Origin: Dicyema japonicum
Taxonomy: Eukaryota > Animalia > Dicyemida
Reading direction: 5' to 3'
Assembly (NCBI GenBank): GCA_011109175.1
Contig: RDEW01000048.1
Coordinates: 147,445 to 211,444 of the forward strand
Length of the DNA stretch: 64,000 nucleotides
The notes under the pieces are model-generated. The model was given only the letters and a program-made list of their open reading frames with translations, had not been told where the DNA came from and searched no databases. The stretch's first letter is position 1. Every line of letters starts with the position of its first letter. The translations under genes were made by a program, and so were the position numbers. This document shows positions 34,453 to 46,500 of the stretch, one piece after another.

Positions 34453-37400
34453 CCATTTACTCTCTTTTCTTTACCAAATAAAACATTCGTTTTCTAAATA
34501 AATTTAGCTTTTAAAAGACCCTCATTTTGCGGGAAAACCTCAAAATTGGTGAATTTTTACCTTATTTCGGAGTCGGAGTGTAATAATAGTTAAGAGATTT
34601 GACTGGATTTCAACTTTCTGCACGCCAAATAACAAATTGTCATACGACAACTGGAACCCTTATATGCTGATAATTGTCAATCGGAATGAGGGTAGAGCGA
34701 TATTCAGAGTATGTTGTTCCACTAGGTAGACCCCATGTTATCATTCACATATAAAATAGACCTGGTAGTCTCGAGGATCTAAAAGAAAATGAAAATTTTA
34801 AGGTTTTTCACATTCTCCGGTATTTTATACAAACAATTTGTTTTAATAAGCATCGAGTACGCTCGTGCAGCATGGATTGCTTTCTCGCTATCTGCATGGA
34901 ATACCTCATAGAGCGCAATCGAGACTTCCCCAAATGCTCAAGTCTTGAACATCCCCTTAAACCGGAAGTCAAATTATATCAGAAAGCCTGTCAAAGATAC
35001 GAGAAGAAATCATCCTACTTGTGAATATTGATTAGGATTCCAAAACTAACTGTAGTAAAAAATCCCACTAAGAACACTGAGATCTCTTAATTTAGACGAT
35101 TAATCTTATCCTTTTTGTACTTCCGGCGTTAATAAATTAAGTTTAATTTAGTTTATGCAATTTTCTTGCTTACTACTTTACTGATTTTGTCGCTTTCTGA
35201 AGTGTCTCCGTATATATTCACTATTAATGGACATCCTGATGATTGGAATGATTGCCGTGAGATGTTCACTGATGAAGGCGTCACTCGTCAAACCTAAGCA
35301 CCATAGATGCGTGGAACCTTCAACCAAATGGACAGCAGGGGGATTCGAACAAAACACTGCGCCACCTTGCCAAAAATGAAATCTTAAAAATTGGAAATAA
35401 ATTAGGTCGATAGAATATTCATAATGAATTTTAATGTGAATTTAATACCATAAATCTTTTTTTTGAATAAGCCAAAAATCACTAATTAATAGGAAAAGGC
35501 CATCAAGTGGTCCCAACTTCTCTCAGTAATATTCTCATCTTTCCCCGGTGTTGCTCTCGGGAACCGACACATTTTCGATAACATCGTTATTCTGGTGTTT
35601 TCCATTTTGGGTGAATATGCCGTCCGACTTCATCACAGGACCTCATATGGGGTTGCCCTTATTGGTGTCTTGTGATTCGAGAGATTGTTTTGGTCGTACA
35701 GACTGTGCGGAGTTGATCTCTTCCATGCTTGTTCTGGCAAGTTTTGTTCCCCACTGCACATCCATAACTTAAGTTGGCTCGATGAAGTGAGTATACAACG
35801 TTGATAGTGACCGGTTTAAGGATCCTTTAAAAAAAAGAAGTCGAAAACTTTTCCGTGTACGTTGACATTGAATTTTTGTTCAACCATTCATGAAGCTTGT
35901 CCAGAGTAGTTTGCAATGTGTTCGTAGCTGTCGTAACACATGCATCCTTGCAGGTATAAATTATGTCATCGACATACGCAAGTGTTATCGATTTTTCGTC
36001 CGAACCTAATGTATTTTGCTAATAATGATACTCTATTTCACACCTCTTCGGAACCACCTCATTCAAAAATAAAAAATTGCTAGTTATCTATAAATAAATG
36101 AAATAATAAATTTTTATATATTGTCTGTTTTTCCACAATTGGTTTTTCAGAAAAAAGCAATTTTTCATACATGGGCCCAGAATAACGTAAAAATAGTCTT
36201 CATGATATAAAAAACAAGTTAGATGCCATAATGGACCTGTCTCCAAGTCGGGAGAGGACGAAATTTTGAAAATGTGATTTTGGGGAAATTGTTTGCTGAA
36301 TTGAAAAAGTTAACAAAATATCATTCCTAAATAAAAGCCATCTATCGATTTGTCAGTAATTAACTATCATTTTACAGTGGCCAAGCTGATTGAACCAGTG
36401 GATATAGTACTACAGGCTAAAATGAAGCTCAAAAATACTTGTTGAATGCTTGCGTCTAAATTTATTACTATCAAGCAAATACAAGCCATTATTGAGAATC
36501 CAAATATAGTTAGATCCAGCTTCAGGTTTTTCAGGAAATCTCTATCAAAATTTTTTTTTCGGAGAACTAATAAGTTGGTCGGCAAAGATGATTCAAGAAA
36601 TAAAGTTTGTCTCCAGTTGGAAAGGTCCTGAGAAAAACTGGAGAAGAAAAGTTTAAATTATTTACTCCCAGTTTCGATAACATATAGGAGGCGATCTAAG
36701 GAATGTAAAAACTTCTCTTCCATTAATAGATGTGTGATATCCTCATCGTAAACGAATGAGATCTACTCTGGAGGTCTTTGGAAGCATTATTCTAAAGGCG
36801 TTAATATAAGGAGGTCTGCGCCCAGTACTTTGTTTTCTTAAAGGAATTGAATGGGAAAGGTGGCTACTAAGTCATGTATCTTTTCAGTCCAGGTTTGTTT
36901 TATGGACGATGGGGAAGGGAGGTTATAGAAACTGGGCGGTGGGATCGTTTAGATTGAGCGACTGCTAAGCTGACTTCATAGTTGCATTCTAAGCAGACTT
37001 AGTAGATTTTGACTTAATGATAACAGCACTTTTATGAGAGCCATAATACTTATAGGCATCGCATGTGCAGAAATACACTTTATTTTAAGAGTAAAAAACA
37101 GTCATGCTAACTAATTGTTAGAAGAGAGCCAAGACATGTTTTTAACTTCTTTTGGTTGCGTGTGAATCCCTGTAGATATTCCAGTCCCATAGTAAGGTTT
37201 TCAGTGAAGACATGGTCATTCGTCAAACCAAGAGGTGCCGTAGAAAAGTGGAACCTTCAGCCGGAATGAGGAGATTCGAACTGGGAAACATCTAAGTTGT
37301 AATTTACACTGGAACCACAAGGAAAAGAACAAGAATACTCGTTTAAATTAAGTGATCACTGTGTCCATACCAAGCTTTCTCCTGTGGTTGGTTTTGGAAT

Positions 37401-37621
37401 TCCGGATTAATCTCCACAAATGCTTTTCATATGCAGAGACTTGCAGATATAATCTGACTTACTGTCTAATAAGATGTTTAGGAGACCTGGCCATTTTGGG
37501 AAAACTCGTTGGTGTTCAATTTATTTAAAAGTATTTTTAAATTTATTTTATTAAAGGTAATTTAATTAATTTTTTAAATATTAAGATTAGTTCTCGTGTT
37601 TCTCATAAAGAGTATTGAATA

Positions 37622-38545
37622 ATGGAGAGACAGTTGTGGAAATCGATGCTCAGATATTTACAGAAAAAGTCATCTGACGGATCACTCAATGAGGATCAAT
37701 CTGCCAGTTTGGAAGTGGCATGTGAGTGCATTCAGTCTGTTTTTCAAATCAATGCTGATGAAATCATTCAAAAAGAAAAAGTTGATCTTGTAGAAGTTTT
37801 TGAAGCTGGGGCCAAAGCTTTGAACTATGTAATTAATTAATAACTAATTTAGGCTGAAGTTGAGATCACCGATGAAGACAAGGCGCTCGCTGAGTCCTAC
37901 AAAGAGACTGGTTATCCTCGAATTTGATGGTAGGTAATGGGCACATGAAAAATGGACTCATCATTGATGCGGTGGATTGCTACAGTCAAGCAATCAAAGT
38001 TGACCCGAGTGTGTCAACATACTACAGCAACAGATCAGCTGCTTATTACAAGCTAGGTCAGTTCGAGAATGCTTTAGCTGACGGCAAGAAGGCCATAGAT
38101 CTGAGTCCTGACTATGCGCAGGCGTACGGACGAGTGGGATCTGCCTGTCTGGCATTGAAGAGATATTCCGATGCTGTGCAAGCTTTTGAAGTGGCCGTAA
38201 AGCTGGATGACACGAAGCCAGCCTTCAAAGATAACCTTGAATTGGCAAGAAAAGAATTGGCAAACTCAAATACGATGCCAAACATGGGCGAACTCTTTAA
38301 AAATCCGGAGGTTATGCGTATGGCCAGCCAGTTGATGACCGATGGTAATATGATGTCGATGATGAATAATATGATGGCAGGCGAGCAGTCCCCTAACATG
38401 GAATCGTTGATGCAAATGTAATTGGATTAATTAATAGTGTAGGGGACAACAGTTTGCCCAGCACCTGAGAGACACCAACCCTGATGTGATTGAACAGATC
38501 CAGAATGTATTTAGACAACCCCCAGCCGATAATAACGATAATTAG
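37622..38545 (+). CDS. SGTA: Small glutamine-rich TPR co-chaperone (SGTA/Sgt2)
   Basis: N-terminal dimerisation motif (SLEVACECIQSVF), three TPRs (YYSNRSAAYYKLG, DYAQAYGRVG) and C-terminal GQQFAQHLRDTNPDVIEQI. Introns 37829-37852 (24 nt), 37911-37933 (23 nt) and 38418-38442 (25 nt) give an open frame. Confidence 0.93.
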
Positions 38546-39639
38546 CTATATTATAATTGGAGTTATCTAACATGGGTCGTTAATTTTTGTGGTTTATTGT
38601 TATTTCGTTTATTTCTGAATGGCTTGTCTATGATAGTTTGGTACCAAGCAAATTCTAAGTTAAGAATGCTTCATTTATCTCGTTTTCTATCCCACTCACA
38701 CCAGCGGAAAAACTGCGTTTATGTTTTCCCACGAAAGAGAATTTGCTACTTTTTCAGATGAATCAATCAGATATATTGTCTTCGTATGGACCTGAGGTCC
38801 CCCACAAAACATGGCTGTGATGGACTAGTTTTGTTGACGCTCCACGTTTCGGTGGTCAACCAAGGAAATCCATACAGACCATCCTTGACGAAAACCTTAA
38901 AATAATTGGGAGACACCCCAAGGATGGGAAGGACTTTAACAGGCTAGAACGGAGGCATGACAAAAAGTCGCAAAAATACAAGAGGATAGCTTTAATTTGA
39001 TTTTCCGTTATGCACGTGCTTTGTTACGACCTATGACGTTTCAATATCCATATTAATGACCCTTATCTAACGGTATTTGTCGAATTAAGCTATCGGGTTT
39101 CCTTAAAAGACATCAGTTATGCTTTACTGTCATTTTGTTTTTCCCAAATGAGAGACTGGAGCGGTCTATACTCCAAATGTGTCTTCAATTCCTGGCAGGA
39201 CTACTGTTTGAAGATAATCGAAAACAAAAACAGAGAATGGTGATGGTCAGTGGTTAATTGGCTGGATAACCAAGGCGGTGACGTATAGGAAATATTCACT
39301 TAGTTTAATGATGGATGCAAACAGTTACCTCTTGTTCTCTTTAGCATGGAGGACCTGACGTACTCAGGAAACATTGTAAACTAAACTCAAGTTATGAACA
39401 AAGTACGAAGGATCTGTGTTCTACTTTCGTCCTGCCAAAAATTAAAAGATCTTAGGGAATTATCAGAGCCGCAAAAAACAGAAATAGTAGTAGTCAATTA
39501 CTTAAATTAATTGATGTCGTCTGTCAGTTAATTCGTCTCTCCTTTGAGCCTGGACCACTCACACTTTCAAGTTCTTCGTAGTAATAGTTTGGGCAGTCAT
39601 GGGTTTGGGTTTTCTTTTTTTTCAATTTGATAATTTTTT

Positions 39640-40200
39640 TAATCAATTTTAAAAGTTAAAAATTATTAATTTAATCTCAAAAAATTGTCCATGCATTAAT
39701 TTGAGTTTGATACCCCTGTCGTAGAGTGTCATCCACTTTGAGTATGTAAGCAAGAGATCGTATTTATGTAGTTTTACCACTTCGACTAGTTTTAACGTTT
39801 GTTGGGAGGTGATTTCCACTTTGATTAGCGTGATGTTGTTGTTCCTTTTATCAATCACAGAAATATCCGGTTTGTTATTTCGTATCCGTGGCTATTGTTG
39901 CATTCACTCGAATCTCTACAACCTCATTCGCAACAATAGACTGCACGGAGTGTGTCTTGAGTCTCAGTCTTCTTAAGTCCATACTGACGACACAGGTGCA
40001 TATTTATGTATTTAACCACCTCATTATGCTTCGTAGGAAGTCGTTGTTTAACATAACACCCCCTTTGCCAAATAGTCGACACTTTTCCCATGTGATTCGC
40101 CGACTTCGACTTGGTATCATCCAAACATTCAAAAAAAGTTCCGTTCAATTGCTTCCTCAGTATTTGTTCGATCAAGTATTTTTCTTGGAACTCTTTTAAT
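39640..40200 (-). mobile_element. Decayed R4-like fragment (zinc finger to REL)
   Basis: KHNEVVKYINMHLCRQYGLKK, NKPDI, VEIT..TLKLVEVVKLHKYDLL parallel 31460-31760 of the full element. Confidence 0.75.
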
Positions 40201-40925
40201 AAGTCCATATGGTTCTTATACCTTTGATTGATCTCAGCCTCCTTTAGCATCCGCCTCATCTATTCTCGGTGTTCCTCCAGTGAGTCGACATACCTCCTAT
40301 ATAGATGATTCATTTTTCGAAAATTTGGACGTTTCAACGGAGCTCCTGTTCTCTTCACAAGTTCCTCAAACGGAGTTGGTATTAGTCGTGAAAAGAACCT
40401 CTGTAGGGCCATCGTGATTATTTCTTGGAAGGAGTTTATTTTATTTAGGTTGGTGTAGGATAGGTAGTGCCCCTTATGCTGCACAGCAGTAGCCGATTGT
40501 TGGTTGCATGTATTGCCTGTAAAGATGATTCAACGTTGAATGGAAACAGCTTTTGTATTATCCAAGTAGCGTTTTTTACAAAATTTAGTTTTCGTTATTT
40601 AGTTGATGACCTGCAACAAAATTTTTTAGTTAAAAATATTATTATTGTTGTCCCAAGATCACCGGTTTAAAAGAATAAAGAAATTTCTTTACTAACTAAG
40701 TGATCCCAGACTGACAACTTTGGACATGGGTCCGCCGGGGACGGGCGTCCAGAATTGCCCTTCTAAAAGGGCAGGGCTCCGCCTCAAATCTCTTGTTCGT
40801 CTGGAGATATGAGCGAAATTGAATATTTAATTAATAATTTCCTAGGATTAATTTTATTTATTAATTTTAAATTTTTCATCTCCTAATATACTCTGTTGTG
40901 ACTACTAATGGCGGAAAAACAATTA

Positions 40926-41577
40926 CACTCTATCCCATAAATGTTGACCCAATTCCCATAAATGTTGACCCAATTCCCATAAATGTTGACCCAATTCCAA
41001 TAAATGATGACCCAATTCCAATAAATGATGACCCAATTCCCATAAATGATGACCCAATTCCCATAAATGATGTCCAAGTTATACAACTTGTGTCAGCGAG
41101 TTGTCATTTCCAAAAATAGATCTCATTTCGACATTCAACATTTCTTTATTTTTCTTTTTTCGGCCTACTTTCTTGTAAAGATCACGGAAAGTTAGGATCC
41201 TCGAGTTCACAGCTTTCGATTTTTTGAATACACCTGTTCAAACTCTTTTTGCTGATCGAGGTGATCTCAATCAACTCTTCTTTTGTTTTAACTTTATAAA
41301 GTCTTTTAATTTGATTAAATAGACTTTCGTTCATAAAAACCTTGCGACTTCTCATATCTGTATTAGTTGATACCATAATAGGGGAAATTAAAAATATAGA
41401 TTTACTCGTGTATTATATATATAACTTGGACATCATTTACGGGAATTGGGTCAACATTTATGGGAATTGGGTCAACATTTATGGGAATTGGGTCAACATT
41501 TATGGCAATTGGGTCAACATTTATTGGAATTGGGTCATCATTTATGGGAATTGGGTCATCATTTATGGGATTGAGTG
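40926..41577. mobile_element. Foldback-like DNA element: 158-bp TIRs made of seven 21-bp units, TA target duplication, internal transposase-like remnant
   Basis: TA|CACTC at 40924-40930 and GAGTG|TA at 41573-41579. Left TIR 40926-41083, right TIR 41420-41577, unit CCCATAAATG(T/A)TGACCCAATT. Internal minus ORF 41182-41376 is HTH-like and continues past one stop into SRPKK. Confidence 0.88.
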
Positions 41578-41769
41578 TAATCTCTACCTCGAAATAAAGA
41601 AGCTATTAAATTTTTTTACAAGAAAACGGGATATTGCAAAAAAAGGAAATTTTGTGGTTCTTAGAGCAGCAAAGTGGTCTTGTATAGGGCAAATATTAGG
41701 ATACGATCTGGTATTAATCGTGGTTAAACATCTTAGGTACGTGGTTAGAGATATCTAGAGTGAATATTG

Positions 41770-42110
41770 AGGGGCAAGAGAGATCAACTGAAGAAGCCAC
41801 TGGAAAGCCATTGGTATGGAATGTCACATGCATTGACACCCTTTGTCCACCCAACATTGTTGGGAGAGCGGTAGACAAATGTATGTCGCTGAAAAGGCAA
41901 TGATGGCCAAGGAGAAAAAATACGAAGTGCTGCTTGATCGGTTCACGTTCCGCCTCCATGTAGTTGTGACAACTGGAAGAATAAGCGGAAATCACTTAGT
42001 TACCTCACGAAGCTAGGATGTCTGGCAACACTAAAAGCTACGACGCGAATGAGACTCATTGGCTTCTCTAGTTGATCCCTGTTGCAATCGTGAGAGCATC
42101 GGCGAGAATC
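41770..42110 (+). mobile_element. CRE-like REL fragment
   Basis: GKPLVWNVTCIDTL...AEKAMMAKEKKYEVL, the same motif set as 15040-15520. Confidence 0.65.
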
Positions 42111-42289
42111 ATTTTTGATTAATTTTTGTTTTTTCAAACAAATTTGACGTACCGTACACAAGAAATATGATTCGTCTGCGAGCTTTGGGTTGTGCCAAAC
42201 AAAGCAAGATTACCGATTTCAAAGGAACTATATCTTGGACCAAAGGCGATGACACATATGCTGGAAAGGCGATCTCCATCACCGACCTG

Positions 42290-42645
42290 AGACCCGTACC
42301 TCATTGATTCCAACTCGGCACGTCAAAGTGGATGTTTAGAAGCAATTCAGCTGATTTTCTCAATGTTTTATCCAGTGACAGGAGGATGTCACGATTATTG
42401 AAGCAGGGAGAACATCGGAGAGTGTATAGGAGTTTGGACAAGTCGATGCTATTCTTCAAGAGGAAGAACGCTGTATGAGCATCGAGTAAGGAGAGTTTTT
42501 CAGTAACTCTAGAGAGTTCATCCTTTTTTGTTAGCAGATGGTTCCGCAGTTCCTTTTCGTCAAGTGGGCACCCAAGAAAGTATGTCCGCTCCCTGGGTAC
42601 GACAGTAATTCCAGGTAGTACCGAGTTGAAAGACTCGACCACATT
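42290..42645 (-). mobile_element. CRE-like RT thumb fragment
   Basis: FLGCPL..KLSLLDAHTAFFLLKNS..KLLYTLRCSPCF..LDKTLRKSAELLLN..WNQ is typical of CRE-clade RT C-termini. Confidence 0.75.
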
Positions 42646-42719
42646 GATGAAATCACTCTCCGAGTATGTAATATTTATTAACTCGACTTCAAAATTGTTA
42701 TAAAAACCCTTTTTTCCTT

Positions 42720-43510
42720 TTTATGGCCGAGAACCACCCTATAAATGGTACGATCCCTTCACAATATTGGCACTCCTTAAGGAGATTCTTTATCGCCACT
42801 ACTATTTGTTATCCATCTGGAAGCCGCCCTTCGGGACCTAAGAGCCAAATCTGGCCCGACTCCAATCACAGAACTAATCTACGCGGATAATGTAGACTTT
42901 GTTTCGGAGGACATAAAAGAGATCAGGACTGCTCTAAATCATGCTCCCGAGCATTCACGAAATGGTTTTTGAATATGAACTAAAAAAAACAGAGGTCACA
43001 ACTGTTAAAAGAGAAACTCAATTGACAGACGAGAAATGAAGAACAAAGAAAGTCGGTTCACTACTAGATGATTGGGAAGTTTAGCGAAAGAAAATGTTAT
43101 CGATTCTTGCACTTAAAAGACTAAAGCCCACATGGCTAAAATACTCACATATATCCTATTTTGCTGTGCAACTCAGGAACATGGGGTTTGAATCAAACTT
43201 TTACTGAAAGCCTGAATGCTTTTTACAAAAAACAACATAATCCTTATAGGAAATACGCTATTCGAAGGTGATCAGCAATTAGATCCTATACACTGCTCCA
43301 AAATGATATCATGGAATCATACTTCCTAAGCACCGGTCCAATTCGGGCAGACCAGGACAACCTTTCTTCTGACCTTAAGTCAAATAGCAAATGGAAAATC
43401 TTGATGAATAGACGACTTCCGAAAAATCACAATCGCAGGAGGAGCGTGAAGGCGTCTGACAGCAAAGATCATCCGGGGTGCGGCACAAGCGACGTTAATC
43501 GTTTAACCTT
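42720..43510 (+). mobile_element. RTE-like LINE RT fragment, decayed
   Basis: GDSLSPLLFVIHLEAALRDL..ELIYADNVDFV..KKTEVTTVKR..KKVGSLLDD read across frames. Confidence 0.6.
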
Positions 43511-44199
43511 GTTGTTCCAAATGTGCATAATAATGAACAGTCTCACTACTCTGAACTACGCTAGTTATAGTTAGTCTAGCTGTTTTTCCCAATCAAATCT
43601 GTAAAAACTTCTAAAAACTCAAAATGTCGGCTTGTTATCAATTACCGGCTGTAACCTGCGTACACCAATTGTCACTTACACTGGAAAACTTGCATGTGAA
43701 ATCCAAATCCTGTGCATCTTTGCAATGATTTAATTGAAACAAGAAATCTAAGACATATTGTTCCTACAGTCATGGACAGCAGGCAAATGCTAAAGAAAAT
43801 TCCTCAAAAGTCCTCCGTGACGAAGACGATCCATAATTTTTTATCAACTATGGCCATTCATTACTTAAAAAGAAATGTCCTGTTAGACAACCATTCCTGT
43901 CAATAGACGATTCAGAATCAACCTTTGATAGAGATTACAGAAGAATCCTATCAAAAATTAGCTCCTGACATTTTAACCTCTGAGATGAACCAGAGATTTG
44001 GATCGTCTGACCAGCTTCCTGATATTATAAATCAAATCTATCAGGATCACTAATGACTAGGGCAAACATTTTTTAACCTCAAAATTAAAAAAATTAACTT
44101 TATTTATTTTCAATTTAAACTTGTAAAATAAAGATACGAAACAATAAAAGACAAATGTTGTTTTAAAGACTATTTATTGAAAATGGACATTACGTAATT

Positions 44200-44893
44200 T
44201 TCCAGATTTCGTGTACAAAAGTTTCTGTTTGTCCTCAAAAAATTCTTGAATTGCGAAAAACATTTTCGACAGATGCCGAGGATGGCTGACAATTTAGAAG
44301 GAACGAATAATCTTCAGGAGAGACATTTTTACATTCCATATTAATAATTTTAGTTAGGTCTCTTTCCAAAGTTCTCTTCTCCAAATATTGGTTGACCCCT
44401 GTTTCATCTTTCATCGGTTATCGCAAAAATTTTTTGTTCTCTAGAAAATAAAATTTGATGAAATACTTGAATATGCCCCCGAACGAAACTATGTATTCAT
44501 TTGTAGTACATTTGGTTCAGTTCCTTGCTTGCGATTGCGAAAGAAAGGAAATTTGATTGCATTTAAAAAAGATCAATGAACAAAGGCATTGATAATTTGT
44601 TAAGCGGAATGTCACATTTCAGAAGATCCTTAGTCACCTTTAATCCAACTTCAAATTCATTTAATTTTTGTTGTCAAACGATCTATCTATATCATCGAAA
44701 AATCTTTACCAACGTAAATTCTGTGTTTCTTGGACGACTTGTGATGAGTGACAAAGTGCTTTTTTGAGCACTTCACTGTCGTTAAGCATAGTTTATAAAA
44801 TAACTCATGGTTATTATGTAATTGAAATTCTCTTGGAAATTCGTAAACAATTAATGTTGCTTTAGTCAGAGAAGACTTAGAAATACGTGGCAT
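44200..44893 (-). pseudogene. CGGBP1-like / hAT-related transposase remnant
   Basis: N-terminal LFYKLCLTTVKCSKKHFVTHHKSSKKH (decayed zinc finger), then DLLKCDIPLNKLSMPLF and IFAITDE, resembling the NIPL.KL and DE motifs of this group. Confidence 0.5.
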
Positions 44894-45576
44894 ACAAAAA
44901 AAACGTGTAAACTACATGCTGTTTAATATTTATTTAATATTAAAATAATAATTTGTTAAAAAATAATTAAAAAAATAAAGTTAAAAAAATTTAACCTTAC
45001 GATTTATTTTTTTAACTTTTTAACCTTTTTTGTATAATTTTTTAGCATATAAAGCGAGAACGTTCAGAAATAATGAAAAAACAAAATTTGTTAAATTTAA
45101 CTTTATCACCCCTACTAATGACACTAAGGGACTTGTGGGACCGCCGAGCACTCCCAACTGGTCGCTTGATGGCAGCCGCTTTTACATGTTAGTGAGGGTG
45201 GGTAACTAAAAAACTCTCTAAAGTTTGCGACCCCCTGATCTTATACGATTTTAGGTCTTAAAATTAGTTTTGATTGGACAGAGGTACACAGAATACCACA
45301 GAAAAAATGTGAGCTGCTGCTAAGAATCATTATTAAATTCCACAGGGTATTTTGGGACAATTGGAAGTGGATATAAATATCTGTTTTTATATACAAGCAA
45401 CTATACTATATTGTGTCCTTGTTGACAACATCCACTATTCCAAAAACAACTCCGACGACACATGTTCATCCAACATCTATTTCAACTACAATATCGTTGA
45501 GTCAAGAAACAACTCCAAATATTACTTCTACAATTCGGTATTGGTGTAGTATAGCGCTTCCTAGGTGATTATAGTA

Positions 45577-45841
45577 CCCCATAAAAATAATAATTTTTTG
45601 AAGAGTTTTATGTTAACTCAATTTTTATGATTAAGGGTAGGGTTAGGATTAGGACAGATTAGGGTAAGGGTTATGGTAAGGGTTAGGATTAGGACGGATT
45701 AGGGTAAGGGTTATGGTAAGGGTTACCCTTTGGTTAAGGGTTAAGGTAAGGGTTAAGGTTAGGTTAAGGGTTAGGGTAAAGCTTACGGTTAGGAACTAAG
45801 GTAAACATAAATCTCTTCAAAAAATTATTATTTTGACGGGG
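45577..45841. mobile_element. MITE with 38-bp TIRs, TA flanks and an internal telomere-like (TTAGGG/TAAGGG) array
   Basis: TA|CCCCATAAAAATAATAATTTTTTGAAGAGTTTTATGTT ... AACATAAATCTCTTCAAAAAATTATTATTTTGACGGGG|TA, 35 of 38 positions matching. 45632-45800 is degenerate TTAGGG with a 40-bp higher-order duplication. Confidence 0.85.
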
Positions 45842-45989
45842 TACTAAAAGTGCTTAGGTGGTTTTAAACTGCACCAGTAGCAACAATTCTATTAACTACT
45901 CATTAAAACTCCAACGATAATCACTCGAATGCCTTCTCCATCCAAAATATTCAAAAATAATATATAAAAAAACTTTAAATGAATATTTA

Positions 45990-46500
45990 ATCCAAATAGA
46001 TAACTTGGAGGTGGCCATGAATTGATGTGAATTTTTTGAAAGAGAAGTTGTAAACCTCATCACACTCACTAGCTCTCCAGTTTGGGAACTGTTTGATTAC
46101 TTCAAGGATGCCTTCTTTGCTAAATTCTGCAAAAGTATCTCTGCCTCGGTCACTCGTTTGTTCATTAGAATTTGCTCTCATTGCTCGCTTGTTTTTCCAA
46201 ATATTCTCCCATAATAAAAGACACTCGCTTTCAGTGAATGAAAATTCAGCATTCTTTTGCCCCTCGTTTAAGCCACGATAAAAATATCTTCGATTGAGCT
46301 CAAAACACCAGTTATATTTTCTGAATTCCTTCCTAAATTCATGGATGCAAAGTCAAACTATATCCCCTGTTTCATCGTCATATTTTTGATATCCTCTGTC
46401 TGGTAAGTTCTGCTATTTGTTCAAGCTGCTTCTTCAGTTTTGTAAGTTTGGTTACATAAGCTGGATCCAGTCGTTCTTCTTTCGGTTACGATGTGAAAAA
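45990..46500 (-). mobile_element. R4-like fragment, pre-RT region
   Basis: ELNRRYF..ECLLLWENIWKNK and EVIKQFPNWRASECDEVYNFSFKKFTSIH parallel 29550-29860 of the full element. Confidence 0.75.

Noticed and set aside
35258-35295. CTGATGA in the antisense strand of SINE F as a hammerhead
   Set aside because: It is followed by CAAA rather than GAAA and has no valid stem II.
40934-41569. 21-bp repeat arrays as a CRISPR array; ORFs 40883-41086, 40898-41119 and 41342-41758 as proteins
   Set aside because: Units are contiguous with no spacers, there are no cas genes, and the context is eukaryotic. The ORFs are just translations of the minisatellite.
45632-45800. True telomere or chromosome-fusion scar
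   Set aside because: Short, degenerate, one orientation only, and enclosed by transposon-like TIRs.
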